Positions 1-8,792 of a stretch of 64,000 nucleotides of DNA are shown in pieces. Position 1 is the stretch's first letter. Every line of letters starts with the position of its first letter. The stretch spans positions 178,849 to 242,848 of the forward strand of contig CAZMOZ010000002.1 in assembly GCA_964568145.1 (NCBI GenBank), read 5' to 3'. The translations under genes and the position numbers were made by a program. Under the pieces are notes generated by a model, which saw nothing but the letters and a program-made list of their open reading frames with translations, was not told where the DNA came from and did no database searches. This DNA is from an uncultured Verrucomicrobiota bacterium. GTDB lineage: Bacteria > Verrucomicrobiota > Verrucomicrobiia > Limisphaerales > J093.

Positions 1-1761
1 GATCAGGTAACCGTGGTGGGGCTGGGGCAGGAGGTCTTCGCCGGGTTGGTGCTCGTCGCGCTGGCGGTGGCCCTGGCCCGGCGGCTGTTCTTCGCTCCGC
101 CCCATCTGCACCAGAGTCTGGACGCCTGCCTGATCCTGGCGCTAATCGGTTTTCTGATGCTGACGACGCTGTTCGGTTCGGCCTTCCGCATCGTAAGCGA
201 AGGCAGGGAAACCACCGCCTGGACGCCGCTGGGCGGTCCGTTGTCCAGGCTCTTCACCGCGATGCCGCCGGAGAACGCCCACGTGCTGGCCGCCGTCCTG
301 TGGTGGTTGCACATGCTCGGGGTGCTGGCCTTTCTGGTATACCTGCCGTACTCGAAGCACCTGCACCTGCTGGCCGCGCCGTTCAACGTCTTCTTCAGCC
401 AGGGCGCGACGCGGCCCGTGGGCGATCTGGAGGTGCGCGGCGCGAAGGAAGACTTCACGGCCGGTGCCTCGCGCTGGGAGGAACTCACCTGGAAACAGTT
501 GCTCAGCGGCTTCGCCTGCGCCGAATGCGGACGGTGCGACCGCGCGTGTCCGGCCGCGGCCTCGGGCCAACCGCTCCTGCCCCAGCGGCTTGTGCAGAAG
601 ATCAAACAGCATGTCCTGAAGACCGGACTGCGCCGGAACGGTTCCGCGAAAGGAGCACGACCGGCCGCGTTGGCGAACCGAGACGCGAAGGGCAAGTCTT
701 CCGCCGACGAACCCGTCAGTGCTTCGGGGGCAAAGGACAACTCGGAGAACGTGCCCCGACTTGCCGGCGACGTCATCACGCCGGCCGAGTTGTGGGCGTG
801 CGCGACCTGCCTGGCGTGCATGGAGCGCTGCGCCGTCTGGAACGAGCAGGTGCCGCTTCTCGTCACGTTGCGCCGGCGTCTGGTCAGCGAGGGGCAATTG
901 GACCGCGGCGCGCAGGACGCCCTCGCCAGCCTGCAGCGTTACGGCAACGCCTTCGGCAAATCCGAGCGGCTGCGTGCCCGCTGGGTGCAGGCCGCCGGTC
1001 TCACGCTGCGCGACGCCCGCCAGGCGCCCGTGGAGTACTTGTGGTTCGTGGGCGATTACGCCAGTTACGACCCGCGCTGCGAGGAGGCCACGAAGCAGAC
1101 GGCGCGGCTGTTTGTGCAGGCCGGTCTGGACTTCGGGCTGCTCTACGAGGCCGAACGCAACGCGGGCAACGACGTGCGCCGCTTGGGCGAGGAGGGCCTT
1201 TTCGAGATGCTGCGGGAGCGCAATCAGCAGACCTTCGCCCGGACGGCCTTCAAGACCATCGTCACCACAGACCCGCACACGCTCAACACGCTCAAAAATG
1301 AGTACGCTTGGAACGGTCGCCGCGTCCCGGTCAAACACCACACCGAGGTCCTCGACGAGCTGTGCGCCGCGGGGCGGCTGCCGTTGAAACGGCGGCTGAC
1401 CGGCCGCGTGACTTATCACGATCCGTGCTACTTGGGCCGCTACAACGGTGTTTACGACCCGCCGCGGCGCGTGCTCCGGGCGCTCGGGCTCGAAGTGGTC
1501 GAGATGCCGCGCTGCCGGGAGCGGAGTTATTGCTGCGGCGCGGGCGGCGGGCGCATCTGGATGGAAGACACCGAACGGCCAAGGGAACGGCCGGCGGAAA
1601 GCCGCGTCCGCGAGGCGGCGACATTGCCCGGTGTGAACACCCTGGTGGTCGCCTGCCCGAAGGACCTCGCGATGTTCCGCGACGCCGTGAAAACCACCGG
1701 CTGCGAGGACCGGCTGGCGGTGAAAGACCTGGCGGAGCTGGTCGCCGAAGCGGCGCTGTGA
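1..1761 (+). CDS. Membrane-anchored Fe-S oxidoreductase: NarI/DsrM-like TM domain fused to an HdrD/DsrK-like 2x[4Fe-4S] + 2xCCG module (5' partial)
   Basis: Frame +1 is open from nt 1, so the 5' end lies outside the window. Hydrophobic N-terminal helices carry a PYSKHLH motif. Fe-S motifs CAECGRCDRACP and CATCLACMERCAV. Two CCG motifs (HDPCYLGR, CCGAGGG). TGA stop at 1759-1761. Confidence 0.8.
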   Translation, partial: DQVTVVGLGQEVFAGLVLVALAVALARRLFFAPPHLHQSLDACLILALIGFLMLTTLFGSAFRIVSEGRETTAWTPLGGPLSRLFTAMPPENAHVLAAVLWWLHMLGVLAFLVYLPYSKHLHLLAAPFNVFFSQGATRPVGDLEVRGAKEDFTAGASRWEELTWKQLLSGFACAECGRCDRACPAAASGQPLLPQRLVQKIKQHVLKTGLRRNGSAKGARPAALANRDAKGKSSADEPVSASGAKDNSENVPRLAGDVITPAELWACATCLACMERCAVWNEQVPLLVTLRRRLVSEGQLDRGAQDALASLQRYGNAFGKSERLRARWVQAAGLTLRDARQAPVEYLWFVGDYASYDPRCEEATKQTARLFVQAGLDFGLLYEAERNAGNDVRRLGEEGLFEMLRERNQQTFARTAFKTIVTTDPHTLNTLKNEYAWNGRRVPVKHHTEVLDELCAAGRLPLKRRLTGRVTYHDPCYLGRYNGVYDPPRRVLRALGLEVVEMPRCRERSYCCGAGGGRIWMEDTERPRERPAESRVREAATLPGVNTLVVACPKDLAMFRDAVKTTGCEDRLAVKDLAELVAEAAL

Positions 1762-1949
1762 AATGAACTCCGAAAACCGAAATTCGAAAACCGAAGGGAA
1801 TCCGAGGCCCGAAATCCGAAAGAGGACGCGCGCCGTTGCCGGTCTTTTGGAGTTCGGTTCCCGGATTTCGGATTTGATCCGGCATTCGGCGTTCGGACTT
1901 CGCGCTTCGGATTTCAGCATTCACCCCCACTTGAACCCAAGGAAATCCC

Positions 1950-3155
1950 ATGGTCGCCACGCTGGAACCTGAAGTCTGCGCGCGGGACACCACGCTCGAC
2001 ACGATCCTCGCCACGCCGGAGGGCCGGCGCATCCTGGCCTGCATCCAGTGCGGCACCTGCTCGGGCACCTGCCCGTACGGCGAGCACATGGATTACACGC
2101 CCCGCCGCATCATCAACCTCCTGCGCCGGGGCCGCATCCAGGAGGTGTTCGGGTCCGACAGCCTGTTGCGGTGCGTTGCCTGCTACGCCTGCATGGCCAA
2201 GTGCCCACGCGGCATCCGGCTTTCGGACATCCTGCTGCCGCTGGTCAAGGAGCAGACGCTGGCGCACTCGCCGGAGATTCCGGCCGAGTTGCAGCGCTCG
2301 CTCCAGAACACCCTGCGCTACGGCAACCCGATGGGCGAATCCTCGCGCAAACGCGCCAACTGGGTGAGCACCGCCGGCACGCCGGTGCCCATCATGGCCG
2401 GCAGCCAGGAGCCGGTGGACGTGCTCTGGTTCGTCGAGTGCTACACGTCCTATTACCCGCGTGGCATTGACGGCAGCCGCGCCACCGCCCGGCTGTTCAA
2501 CGCGCTGGGCATTGACTTCGCCATCCTCGGCAACGAGGAGAAATGCGCCGGGGACTGCGGCCAGCTCACCTGGGAATCGGGCCTGTTCGAGACGCTCACG
2601 GATTACAACATGGAGATCTTCCGGAAGTACAAATTCAACCGCGTCGTCACCGGCGACACGCATGCCTTCAACGCCTTCCGCATCCGCTATCCGATGTACG
2701 GCTTCCACCACCGGGTCCAGCACACCCACCTGTTGCTGGCCGAATACCTGGCGGAGTTGCAGCCGAAACTCACCCGGCCGCTTCGCCGCGTCGTGACCTA
2801 CCACGACTCCTGCTGTCTGGGCCGGCGCGCGGGCTCTTATGACGAGCCGCGCCGCCTGCTCCAGGCCATCCCCGGCGTGAAGCTGGCGGAGATGGTGCAC
2901 AACCGGATGAACTCGATCTGTTGCGGCGGCGGCGGCGGCGGCATGTGGCTGGACACGTATTTCAAGTCCAAAGGCATGGAGCGCCTGTCCGAGCGCCGCG
3001 TGCGGGAGGCTGTGGCCACGGGCGCGGACGTGCTGGCCGTGTCCTGCCCGTACGAGATTTTCCGCTTCGAGGACGCGCTCAAGACCCTGGGCTGCGACCA
3101 GAAGATGGTGGTACGCGACGTGTCCGAACTGCTGGCGGAATCCCTGGGAGATTGA
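1950..3155 (+). CDS. HdrC/HdrB-like fusion (HdrD-type): 4Fe-4S dicluster plus two CCG domains, soluble
   Basis: ATG 1950 is preceded by AAGGAA. Motifs CIQCGTCSGTCP and CVACYACMAKCP are followed by two CCG motifs (HDSCCLGR, CCGGGGGG). Confidence 0.85.
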   Translation: MVATLEPEVCARDTTLDTILATPEGRRILACIQCGTCSGTCPYGEHMDYTPRRIINLLRRGRIQEVFGSDSLLRCVACYACMAKCPRGIRLSDILLPLVKEQTLAHSPEIPAELQRSLQNTLRYGNPMGESSRKRANWVSTAGTPVPIMAGSQEPVDVLWFVECYTSYYPRGIDGSRATARLFNALGIDFAILGNEEKCAGDCGQLTWESGLFETLTDYNMEIFRKYKFNRVVTGDTHAFNAFRIRYPMYGFHHRVQHTHLLLAEYLAELQPKLTRPLRRVVTYHDSCCLGRRAGSYDEPRRLLQAIPGVKLAEMVHNRMNSICCGGGGGGMWLDTYFKSKGMERLSERRVREAVATGADVLAVSCPYEIFRFEDALKTLGCDQKMVVRDVSELLAESLGD

Positions 3156-3158
3156 GCC

Positions 3159-5150
3159 ATGAAACGCGCCCCCCGCGACCACGTACGCATCGGGTTTTAC
3201 ATCTGCCATTGCGGCACCAACATCGCCGGCCTGGTGGACGTGGAGGCGGTGGCCCGCCACGCCGCGACGCTGCCCGGCGTGGCGCTCGCCCGCCACTACA
3301 AGTACATGTGCTCCGACCCGGGCCAGGAGCTCGTGATCAAGGACATCCTCGAGCACAAGCTCAACCGCGTGGTGGTGGCCGCCTGTTCGCCGCTGCTGCA
3401 CGAGCAGACTTTCCGCAAGGCGGTCGCCAAGGCGGGGCTCAATCCGTTCTTCCTCCAGATGGTCAACGTGCGCGAGCACAACGCCTGGGTGCACACGGAC
3501 GCCGGGGCGGCCACGCAAAAGGCGCAGGCCCTGGTCCACGCCGCCGTGCTGCGCGTGGCGCACCACAAGCCGTTGGAAATCCGCAAGGTGCCCGTGCTCC
3601 AAGACGTGCTGGTCGTGGGCGGCGGCATCGCCGGCATCCACGCCGCGCTCACGCTGGCCAACGGCGGCAAGAAGGTCTTCCTGGTCGAAAAGGAGCCGAC
3701 CATCGGCGGCCACATGGCCCGGTTCGACAAGACCTTCCCCACCCTGGATTGCGCCGCGTGCGTGTTGTCTCCGAAGATGGCCGCCGTTGGCACGCACCCG
3801 AACATCACGCTCTGGACCTGGTCGGAGGTCGTCCAGGTGGTGGGCTGCGTCGGCAACTACAAGGTCACCGTCCGCCGCAAGCCGCGGTACGTCATCGAGG
3901 ACCTCTGCACCGGCTGCCAGGAATGCGTGGACGCCTGCGTGTACCGCGAGCCGAAGTTTCCCGACGCCTTCAACCTCGGCCTGGGCAGGCGCAAGCCCGT
4001 TTTTCTCCCCTTCCCGCAGGCCGTGCCGCCCGTGGTCATCATTGACCCGGAGACCTGCATCGAACTGAAGACCGGCCGGTGCAAGAAGACGTGCGTCGAA
4101 GCCTGCGGCGACCGGCAGGCCATTGACCTGCAGATGCGGGAGGAAACAGTCGAGATCACCGTCGGCGCCATCATCATGGCCACCGGCTTCCAGATTTTCG
4201 ACGCCCGACGCGCGCCTTATTACGGCTACGGCGTCTTTCCGAACGTGTACAACGCGCTCGAGGTCGAACGGCTCATCAATGCCGCCGGTCCCACCGGCGG
4301 CGAACTGCTCCTGCGCGACGGCCGCATGCCCCGAACCGTGGCCATCGTCCATTGCGTGGGCTCGCGCGACGAGCACACCAATCCCTGGTGCTCGCGCGTG
4401 TGCTGCCTGTACTCGCTGAAGCTGGCGCACCTCATCCACGAACGGACCCGGGCCGAGGTGTACAACTTCTACATAGACATCCGCACCCCCGGCAAGGGCA
4501 TGGAGGAATTCTTCAAGCGCATCCAGGAGGAAGGCATGCACCTCATCCGCGGCAAGGTGGCCGACGTTTACCCCGTCCCCGGCGAGGGCGCGAACGGCCG
4601 GTTGATCGTCCAGGCCGAGGACACCTTGATGAACCAGATCCTCAAAGTGCCGGTGGACATGGTCGTGCTGGCCGTGGGCCTCGAGCCGCATCCCGAGGCG
4701 GAAAATCTCCGCCGGCTGTTCAACCTGAGCTGCAGCGCCGAAGGCTGGTTCCTCGAACGGCACCCCAAGCTCGCGCCGGTGAACACCTTCACCGACGGCA
4801 TCTTCCTGGCCGGTTGCTGTCAGGGACCGAAGGACATCCCCGACAGCGTGGCGCAGGCCGGGGCGGCGGCGGCCGAGGCCTATGCGCTCATCTGCAAAGG
4901 CCACGTCGAGCTGGAGCCCAACACCGCCTTTGTCCTGGACGACTGCTGCGGCTGCAAATCCTGCCTCCCGCTGTGCCCGTACACGGCCATCGCCTTCCAT
5001 GAAGGCCGGCGCAAGGCGGTCATCAACGACGCCTTGTGCAAAGGCTGCGGCACGTGCGTGGCGGCCTGCCCGTCCGGCTCCATCGTGCAGAACCTGTACG
5101 AAGACGAAGCCGTGTTCAGCGAGATCGATGGCGTGCTGGCCGAAAGCTGA
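3159..5150 (+). CDS. hdrA: Heterodisulfide reductase subunit A-like flavoprotein
   Basis: ATG lies 3 nt after the previous stop, with GGAG upstream. VVGGGIAGI FAD fold, HCVGSRD HdrA signature, and C-terminal CCGCKSCLPLCP and CKGCGTCVAACP ferredoxin motifs. Confidence 0.88.
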   Translation: MKRAPRDHVRIGFYICHCGTNIAGLVDVEAVARHAATLPGVALARHYKYMCSDPGQELVIKDILEHKLNRVVVAACSPLLHEQTFRKAVAKAGLNPFFLQMVNVREHNAWVHTDAGAATQKAQALVHAAVLRVAHHKPLEIRKVPVLQDVLVVGGGIAGIHAALTLANGGKKVFLVEKEPTIGGHMARFDKTFPTLDCAACVLSPKMAAVGTHPNITLWTWSEVVQVVGCVGNYKVTVRRKPRYVIEDLCTGCQECVDACVYREPKFPDAFNLGLGRRKPVFLPFPQAVPPVVIIDPETCIELKTGRCKKTCVEACGDRQAIDLQMREETVEITVGAIIMATGFQIFDARRAPYYGYGVFPNVYNALEVERLINAAGPTGGELLLRDGRMPRTVAIVHCVGSRDEHTNPWCSRVCCLYSLKLAHLIHERTRAEVYNFYIDIRTPGKGMEEFFKRIQEEGMHLIRGKVADVYPVPGEGANGRLIVQAEDTLMNQILKVPVDMVVLAVGLEPHPEAENLRRLFNLSCSAEGWFLERHPKLAPVNTFTDGIFLAGCCQGPKDIPDSVAQAGAAAAEAYALICKGHVELEPNTAFVLDDCCGCKSCLPLCPYTAIAFHEGRRKAVINDALCKGCGTCVAACPSGSIVQNLYEDEAVFSEIDGVLAES

Positions 5151-5287
5151 CGCCGGATGCGGCTGCCGTGGTGGCTGCTGTACTGTGGCCGCAGGCATCC
5201 CTGCCTGCGGTGGAGCCGGGCAACCTGCCCGGCGGCCCAGCGCTGGCAGTTCAGAGCGGGCGGTGTTTTCCAGCCGCGGTTTCGGTC

Positions 5288-5400
5288 GGCAGGATGCCGC
5301 CCTCCACGGCAGCCAGGAGGGCTGCCGCCACGGCGAGGGTAGATCGCCTCTCGCCGAGAGGCGATTCCTGCCGGCCTCTGAGCCAGGGGCCAGCTACCCG
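5288..5400. repeat. Composite intergenic repeat (R4 core 5288-5333 plus R2 hairpin and tail 5341-5400)
   Basis: GGCAGGATGCCGCCCTCCACGGCAGCCAGGAGGGCTGCCGCCACGG, then hairpin ATCGCCTCT-cgccg-AGAGGCGAT and tail CCTGCCGGCCTCTGAGCCAGGGGCCAGCTACCCG. Both parts recur elsewhere in the window. Confidence 0.6.
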
Positions 5401-5506
5401 TTTTCAGGCGGCCGGATGCCGGACGCCACCACCAGGAGCGCCATCGCGACTCTGCGCTTGCATCGAGCGCGGTTTGACCTAAACGAGTGCCGCACCGCGC
5501 CGCATC

Positions 5507-6301
5507 ATGCGCCAGTACCTCGACCTCCTCCGCCACGTGCTCGAGCACGGCCGTTTCAAGGCCGACCGCACGGGCACCGGCACGTACTCGATCTTCGGCG
5601 CCCAGACCCGGTACGACCTCCAGGCCGGTTTCCCGCTGGTCACCACCAAGAAGCTGCACCTCAAGTCCATCATCTACGAGTTGCTCTGGTTCCTGCGCGG
5701 CGAGACAAACGTCCGCTGGCTCCAGGAACGGGGCGTGACCATCTGGGACGAATGGGCCGACGCCAACGGCAACCTCGGCCGTGTGTACGGCGCCCAATGG
5801 TGCGACTGGCGCGCCGCCGACGGCCGCTCGATCCACCAGATTGACCGCGTGATCGAGGACATCCGTCACGACCCGGACAGCCGCCGCCTGATCGTCACGG
5901 CCTGGAACCCCGGCGAAATCGAGGGCATGGCCCTGCCGCCGTGCCACTGCCTGTTTCAGTTCTACGTGAGCGACGGCCGGCTGAGCTGCCAGCTTTACCA
6001 GCGCAGCGCGGACATCTTTCTGGGCGTGCCGTTTAACATCGCCAGCTATGCGCTGCTCACGCTGATGGTGGCGCAGGTTACCGGCCTCCAACCCGGCGAG
6101 TTCATCCACACCTTCGGCGACCTGCACCTGTACGCGAACCACGTCGAGCAGGCGAAGCTCCAGCTCAGCCGCGAGCCGCGTCCGTTGCCGGTGATGCGGC
6201 TCAACCCGGCCCGGACGGATATCCACGACTTCGTCTTCGAGGATTTCGAACTGGTGGGCTACGACCCGCACCCGGCCATCAAGGCGCCCGTGGCGGTATG
6301 A
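5507..6301 (+). CDS. thyA: Thymidylate synthase
   Basis: Full-length ThyA hallmarks: [16 protein letters not shown], active-site [18 protein letters not shown]. Confidence 0.97.
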   Translation: MRQYLDLLRHVLEHGRFKADRTGTGTYSIFGAQTRYDLQAGFPLVTTKKLHLKSIIYELLWFLRGETNVRWLQERGVTIWDEWADANGNLGRVYGAQWCDWRAADGRSIHQIDRVIEDIRHDPDSRRLIVTAWNPGEIEGMALPPCHCLFQFYVSDGRLSCQLYQRSADIFLGVPFNIASYALLTLMVAQVTGLQPGEFIHTFGDLHLYANHVEQAKLQLSREPRPLPVMRLNPARTDIHDFVFEDFELVGYDPHPAIKAPVAV

Positions 6302-6325
6302 AGCTCTCCGGCGAAGGCGGAGATT

Positions 6326-6392
6326 GACCCCAAACACCGAAGTTGGCTGTAGCCGCAGTGCGTCCCGCCTGCCGAGCTTCGGTTTTCGGGTT
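6326..6392. repeat. R1 REP-like hairpin element, copy 1
   Basis: accccaaacaccgaagttgg...gtgcgtcccgcctgcc...gagcttcggttttcgggtt. Complementary arms flank a conserved loop. Starts 25 nt after the thyA stop. Confidence 0.75.
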
Positions 6393-6437
6393 GAATCTTC
6401 ACCGCGGACTCGCCGCCGGACACACCCTGGCAAAGAG

Positions 6438-6468
6438 ACTCCCGCCCAGAATGGCGGGAGTTTTGAAA
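6438..6468 (+). terminator. Rho-independent terminator between convergent thyA and pseudopilin gene
   Basis: Stem ACTCCCGCC / GGCGGGAGT (6438-6461), loop cagaat, followed by TTTTGAAAA on the + strand. The reverse reading has a weaker U tract. Confidence 0.55.
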
Positions 6469-6494
6469 ACGGTGACGCCGCCGGAATGCCGGGC

Positions 6495-7388
6495 TCAGAA
6501 ATACCCCCCGATCGGGCTGTCCGGCGCGGCCCACAGTTCGTTGGGCAGCACGGCCGGGCGGAACATGGTGCCGCCCGCCACGCCCCCCGCCAGATCGTAG
6601 TATTTCTTGTAGGTGATGGTCATGGTGCCGCCGCTGATCAAGCCGACGGTGCCCTTGCCTTTGACATCCACGGTGACACTGATGGCCTTGCCGCCGCCGT
6701 GCCGCTGCGAGATGCCTTCATGCGGCTGGTTCCCGGCGTCATTGAAGAAAAACGGCGTGTACTCGTCCGCCTCCCACATCAAGTAGGACATCGGATTCAT
6801 CGAGGCGGCCTTGTGGGTGTTGCCGATGGGGGGCAGCGGCGAAGTGCGGGTGGAGTTGACCAAGTTGCCGTAGCTGATCACCGACCCATTCCACGTGTAG
6901 CTGGTCAGCTTGACGTCCCGCTGGCGGTACAGGTTCCTTTTCGCGCCGCGGGATTCCACCGCGTCTCTGGGGCAGATCAGCACTTTCTCGGTTTCGAGGT
7001 ACCGCCCCAACTGGCTTTGCCGGAAATAAGGCAACTGGTTCGTGTACTCCATGCTCCCCGCGGCGCTTCGCATCCAGCCCGGGCCCTCGATGTACGAAGC
7101 GTAGCACCAGTTGTTGGGGCCGTTGGCGCTGCTTCCGGACACGGTGCCCCAGCTCGGGTGCGGGAGATAGTCGTTGTTGTCACCCGTGTACATGGCCGTG
7201 GCGACCAGGATTTGTTTGTTGTTGCTCAGGTCCAGCGATGCCTGGGCTTTGTCCTTGGCCCGACTCAAGGCCGGCAGGAGCATGCCCGCCAGGATCGCAA
7301 TGATTGCGATGACCACCAGCAGCTCGATCAAGGTGAATCCGCTCGGCTGGCCGGGGCCAGCCCGCCGGTGAATTTCAGTCTTTGTCAT
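6495..7388 (-). CDS. Prepilin-type N-terminal cleavage/methylation domain protein (pseudopilin-like, PVC-type paralog family)
   Basis: Short basic leader followed by [28 protein letters not shown] at 7386-7388. Confidence 0.85.
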   Translation of the reverse strand: MTKTEIHRRAGPGQPSGFTLIELLVVIAIIAILAGMLLPALSRAKDKAQASLDLSNNKQILVATAMYTGDNNDYLPHPSWGTVSGSSANGPNNWCYASYIEGPGWMRSAAGSMEYTNQLPYFRQSQLGRYLETEKVLICPRDAVESRGAKRNLYRQRDVKLTSYTWNGSVISYGNLVNSTRTSPLPPIGNTHKAASMNPMSYLMWEADEYTPFFFNDAGNQPHEGISQRHGGGKAISVTVDVKGKGTVGLISGGTMTITYKKYYDLAGGVAGGTMFRPAVLPNELWAAPDSPIGGYF

Positions 7389-7446
7389 GAGCAGTCACGT
7401 AAAAGTTCGCTTGAGAACTAGTACCCGGCCCGCGCCCCGCAACAAG

Positions 7447-7464
7447 TGTGCTTTGCAGCGCACA
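7447..7464 (-). promoter_or_regulatory. Conserved leader palindrome TGTGC-N8-GCACA, 59 nt upstream of the pseudopilin start
   Basis: tgtgctttgcagcgcaca. The same palindrome with the same spacing sits upstream of the paralog at 8559-8576, inside a ~70-nt conserved leader. Confidence 0.3.
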
Positions 7465-7543
7465 GTCCGGCCGGGGTGAGAAGGTTTTTCCAGCAGCGGC
7501 CTTCCCGCACTTGGAATGCCCGGATTTCGGCCGGCCCCCCCGC

Positions 7544-7574
7544 AAAACGAAAACTCCCGCCTGGGCGGCGGGAG
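7544..7574 (-). terminator. Rho-independent terminator of pseudopilin paralog 2
   Basis: Minus strand reads CTCCCGCC-gccca-GGCGGGAG followed by TTTTCGTTTT, about 53 nt after the stop at 7627. Confidence 0.6.
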
Positions 7575-7626
7575 TTTCGCAGCGAAGACCCTCAGGCGGA
7601 CGCACCGGCACCGCCCGGAGACCGGT

Positions 7627-8499
7627 TCATCGGGCAAAGCCCGGACCGTTAAGAACTTCGTTGGGATACGGCGCGTTGAGGTAGCCCATGAATTTCTTCA
7701 TCTTGATGTACTGGGCCGTGCCTCCCACCGTGCCCACCATGGCGCCGCCGCCCCGCTCGGAGTTGTCCCGGTAAACGCCGCCGGCGTGGCGCTGGGACAC
7801 GATTTCACCCGCGGTCTGGGGGTTGTTGCCCGCGTCGTTGAAGTAGAACCCGTTCACCTCGTTCTGCTCCCACAGGATGATGTCCGTCGGGTTGAAGTCC
7901 GTCGTGCGGAACGTCTTGCCACTGGTGATGATGCCGGCCCGGGGACCGCAATAGCCGCCCACCGTGCCGTTCATGCAGTACGATGTGATCTTCACGTAGC
8001 GGTCTTTCCACCACTGCTTGAACTGCCCGCGCGAACGGTCCGCGATGTCCTTCGGACACCACATCACCTGGTGCGTGGCCAGAAACGGCCCAAGCTGGCC
8101 GATCTTGAAAAACTGCACCTGGTTGCTGAACTGCGCCGAATTCTCGAAGTAGCCCGCCGCGCTGGGAATGTACTGCGGTCCGCCAGGAAACCGGCCGTCG
8201 TTCCTGACCGCGTAGGCCCAGCCGTCGGGACCGCCGTTGGCCGTGCCATCCACCGAGCCCCAAGTCGGGTGCGGCAGGTAATCCCGGTTGTCCGTCGCGT
8301 ACATGTGGACAGCCAGGAGGATTTGTTTGACGTTGTTCACGTCAATTGTGGACTGGGCCCGGTCCTTGGCCCGTCCCAAGGCGGGCAGGAGCATGCCCGC
8401 CAGGATCGCGATGATCGCGATGACCACTAGCAGCTCAATCAGGGTGAATCCACCCGGATGGCTGGGACCGGTCCGTTTGGAGGTTTCAGGTTTTGTCAT
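7627..8499 (-). CDS. Prepilin-type N-terminal cleavage/methylation domain protein (paralog of 6495-7388)
   Basis: I chose the internal ATG at 8497-8499 ([41 protein letters not shown]). The track ORF start at 8565 adds 22 non-homologous residues. Confidence 0.85.
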   Translation of the reverse strand: MTKPETSKRTGPSHPGGFTLIELLVVIAIIAILAGMLLPALGRAKDRAQSTIDVNNVKQILLAVHMYATDNRDYLPHPTWGSVDGTANGGPDGWAYAVRNDGRFPGGPQYIPSAAGYFENSAQFSNQVQFFKIGQLGPFLATHQVMWCPKDIADRSRGQFKQWWKDRYVKITSYCMNGTVGGYCGPRAGIITSGKTFRTTDFNPTDIILWEQNEVNGFYFNDAGNNPQTAGEIVSQRHAGGVYRDNSERGGGAMVGTVGGTAQYIKMKKFMGYLNAPYPNEVLNGPGFAR

Positions 8500-8558
8500 A
8501 TGCAAGTAGCAAGGGTTCGCTGTGAGAAGTGGTAGCCGAGCCCCGGCCGCAACGCAAG

Positions 8559-8576
8559 TGTGCATTGCAACGCACA
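8559..8576 (-). promoter_or_regulatory. Conserved leader palindrome TGTGC-N8-GCACA, 60 nt upstream of the pseudopilin start
   Basis: tgtgcattgcaacgcaca, the paralogous copy of 7447-7464. Confidence 0.3.
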
Positions 8577-8657
8577 GGCGGGCGGGGTGCCGTCTCGCTT
8601 TCCTCGGGCGGAGCCCGGCACGGGGCAGCAGACGCCTGCCTGGCTGCCGCCCGTGAT

Positions 8658-8722
8658 TGGGATAGCCGGCCTTTGGCTCAAAGGCCGGAAGGCGTCGCCC
8701 CCCGGCGAGGGGCGACCTGCCG
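8658..8722. repeat. R2 hairpin and tail element, inverted copy
   Basis: gggatagccggcctttggctcaaaggccgg...GTCGCCCC-ccggcg-AGGGGCGAC. This is the reverse complement of the 10501-10562 type. Confidence 0.55.
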
Positions 8723-8792
8723 GAATGCAGAAAACAGAAACGGGCCCCGGGATTCAGATTGAGTTCGCCCCGCCAAAGCCAACACTCCCCTC

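Noticed and set aside
142-5198. Very long minus-strand ORFs (142-1920, 592 aa; 1914-5198, 1094 aa) antisense to the hdr-like genes
   Set aside because: Their products are Arg/Ala/Gly/Pro-rich with no recognisable motifs. They fully overlap plus-strand genes that carry clear Fe-S, CCG and FAD signatures. This is the usual stop-codon-poor antisense frame of high-GC DNA.
7440-7470. Sigma-54 (-24/-12) reading of the pseudopilin leader motif (cGGactgtgcgcTGCa), and of the R5 ends (GGCACGaaacTGAT / GGCATGaaatTGAA)
   Set aside because: The GG dinucleotide is not conserved in the paralogous leader (cCGcctgtgcgtTGCa). The R5 versions lack the TTGC -12 element or have the wrong spacing.
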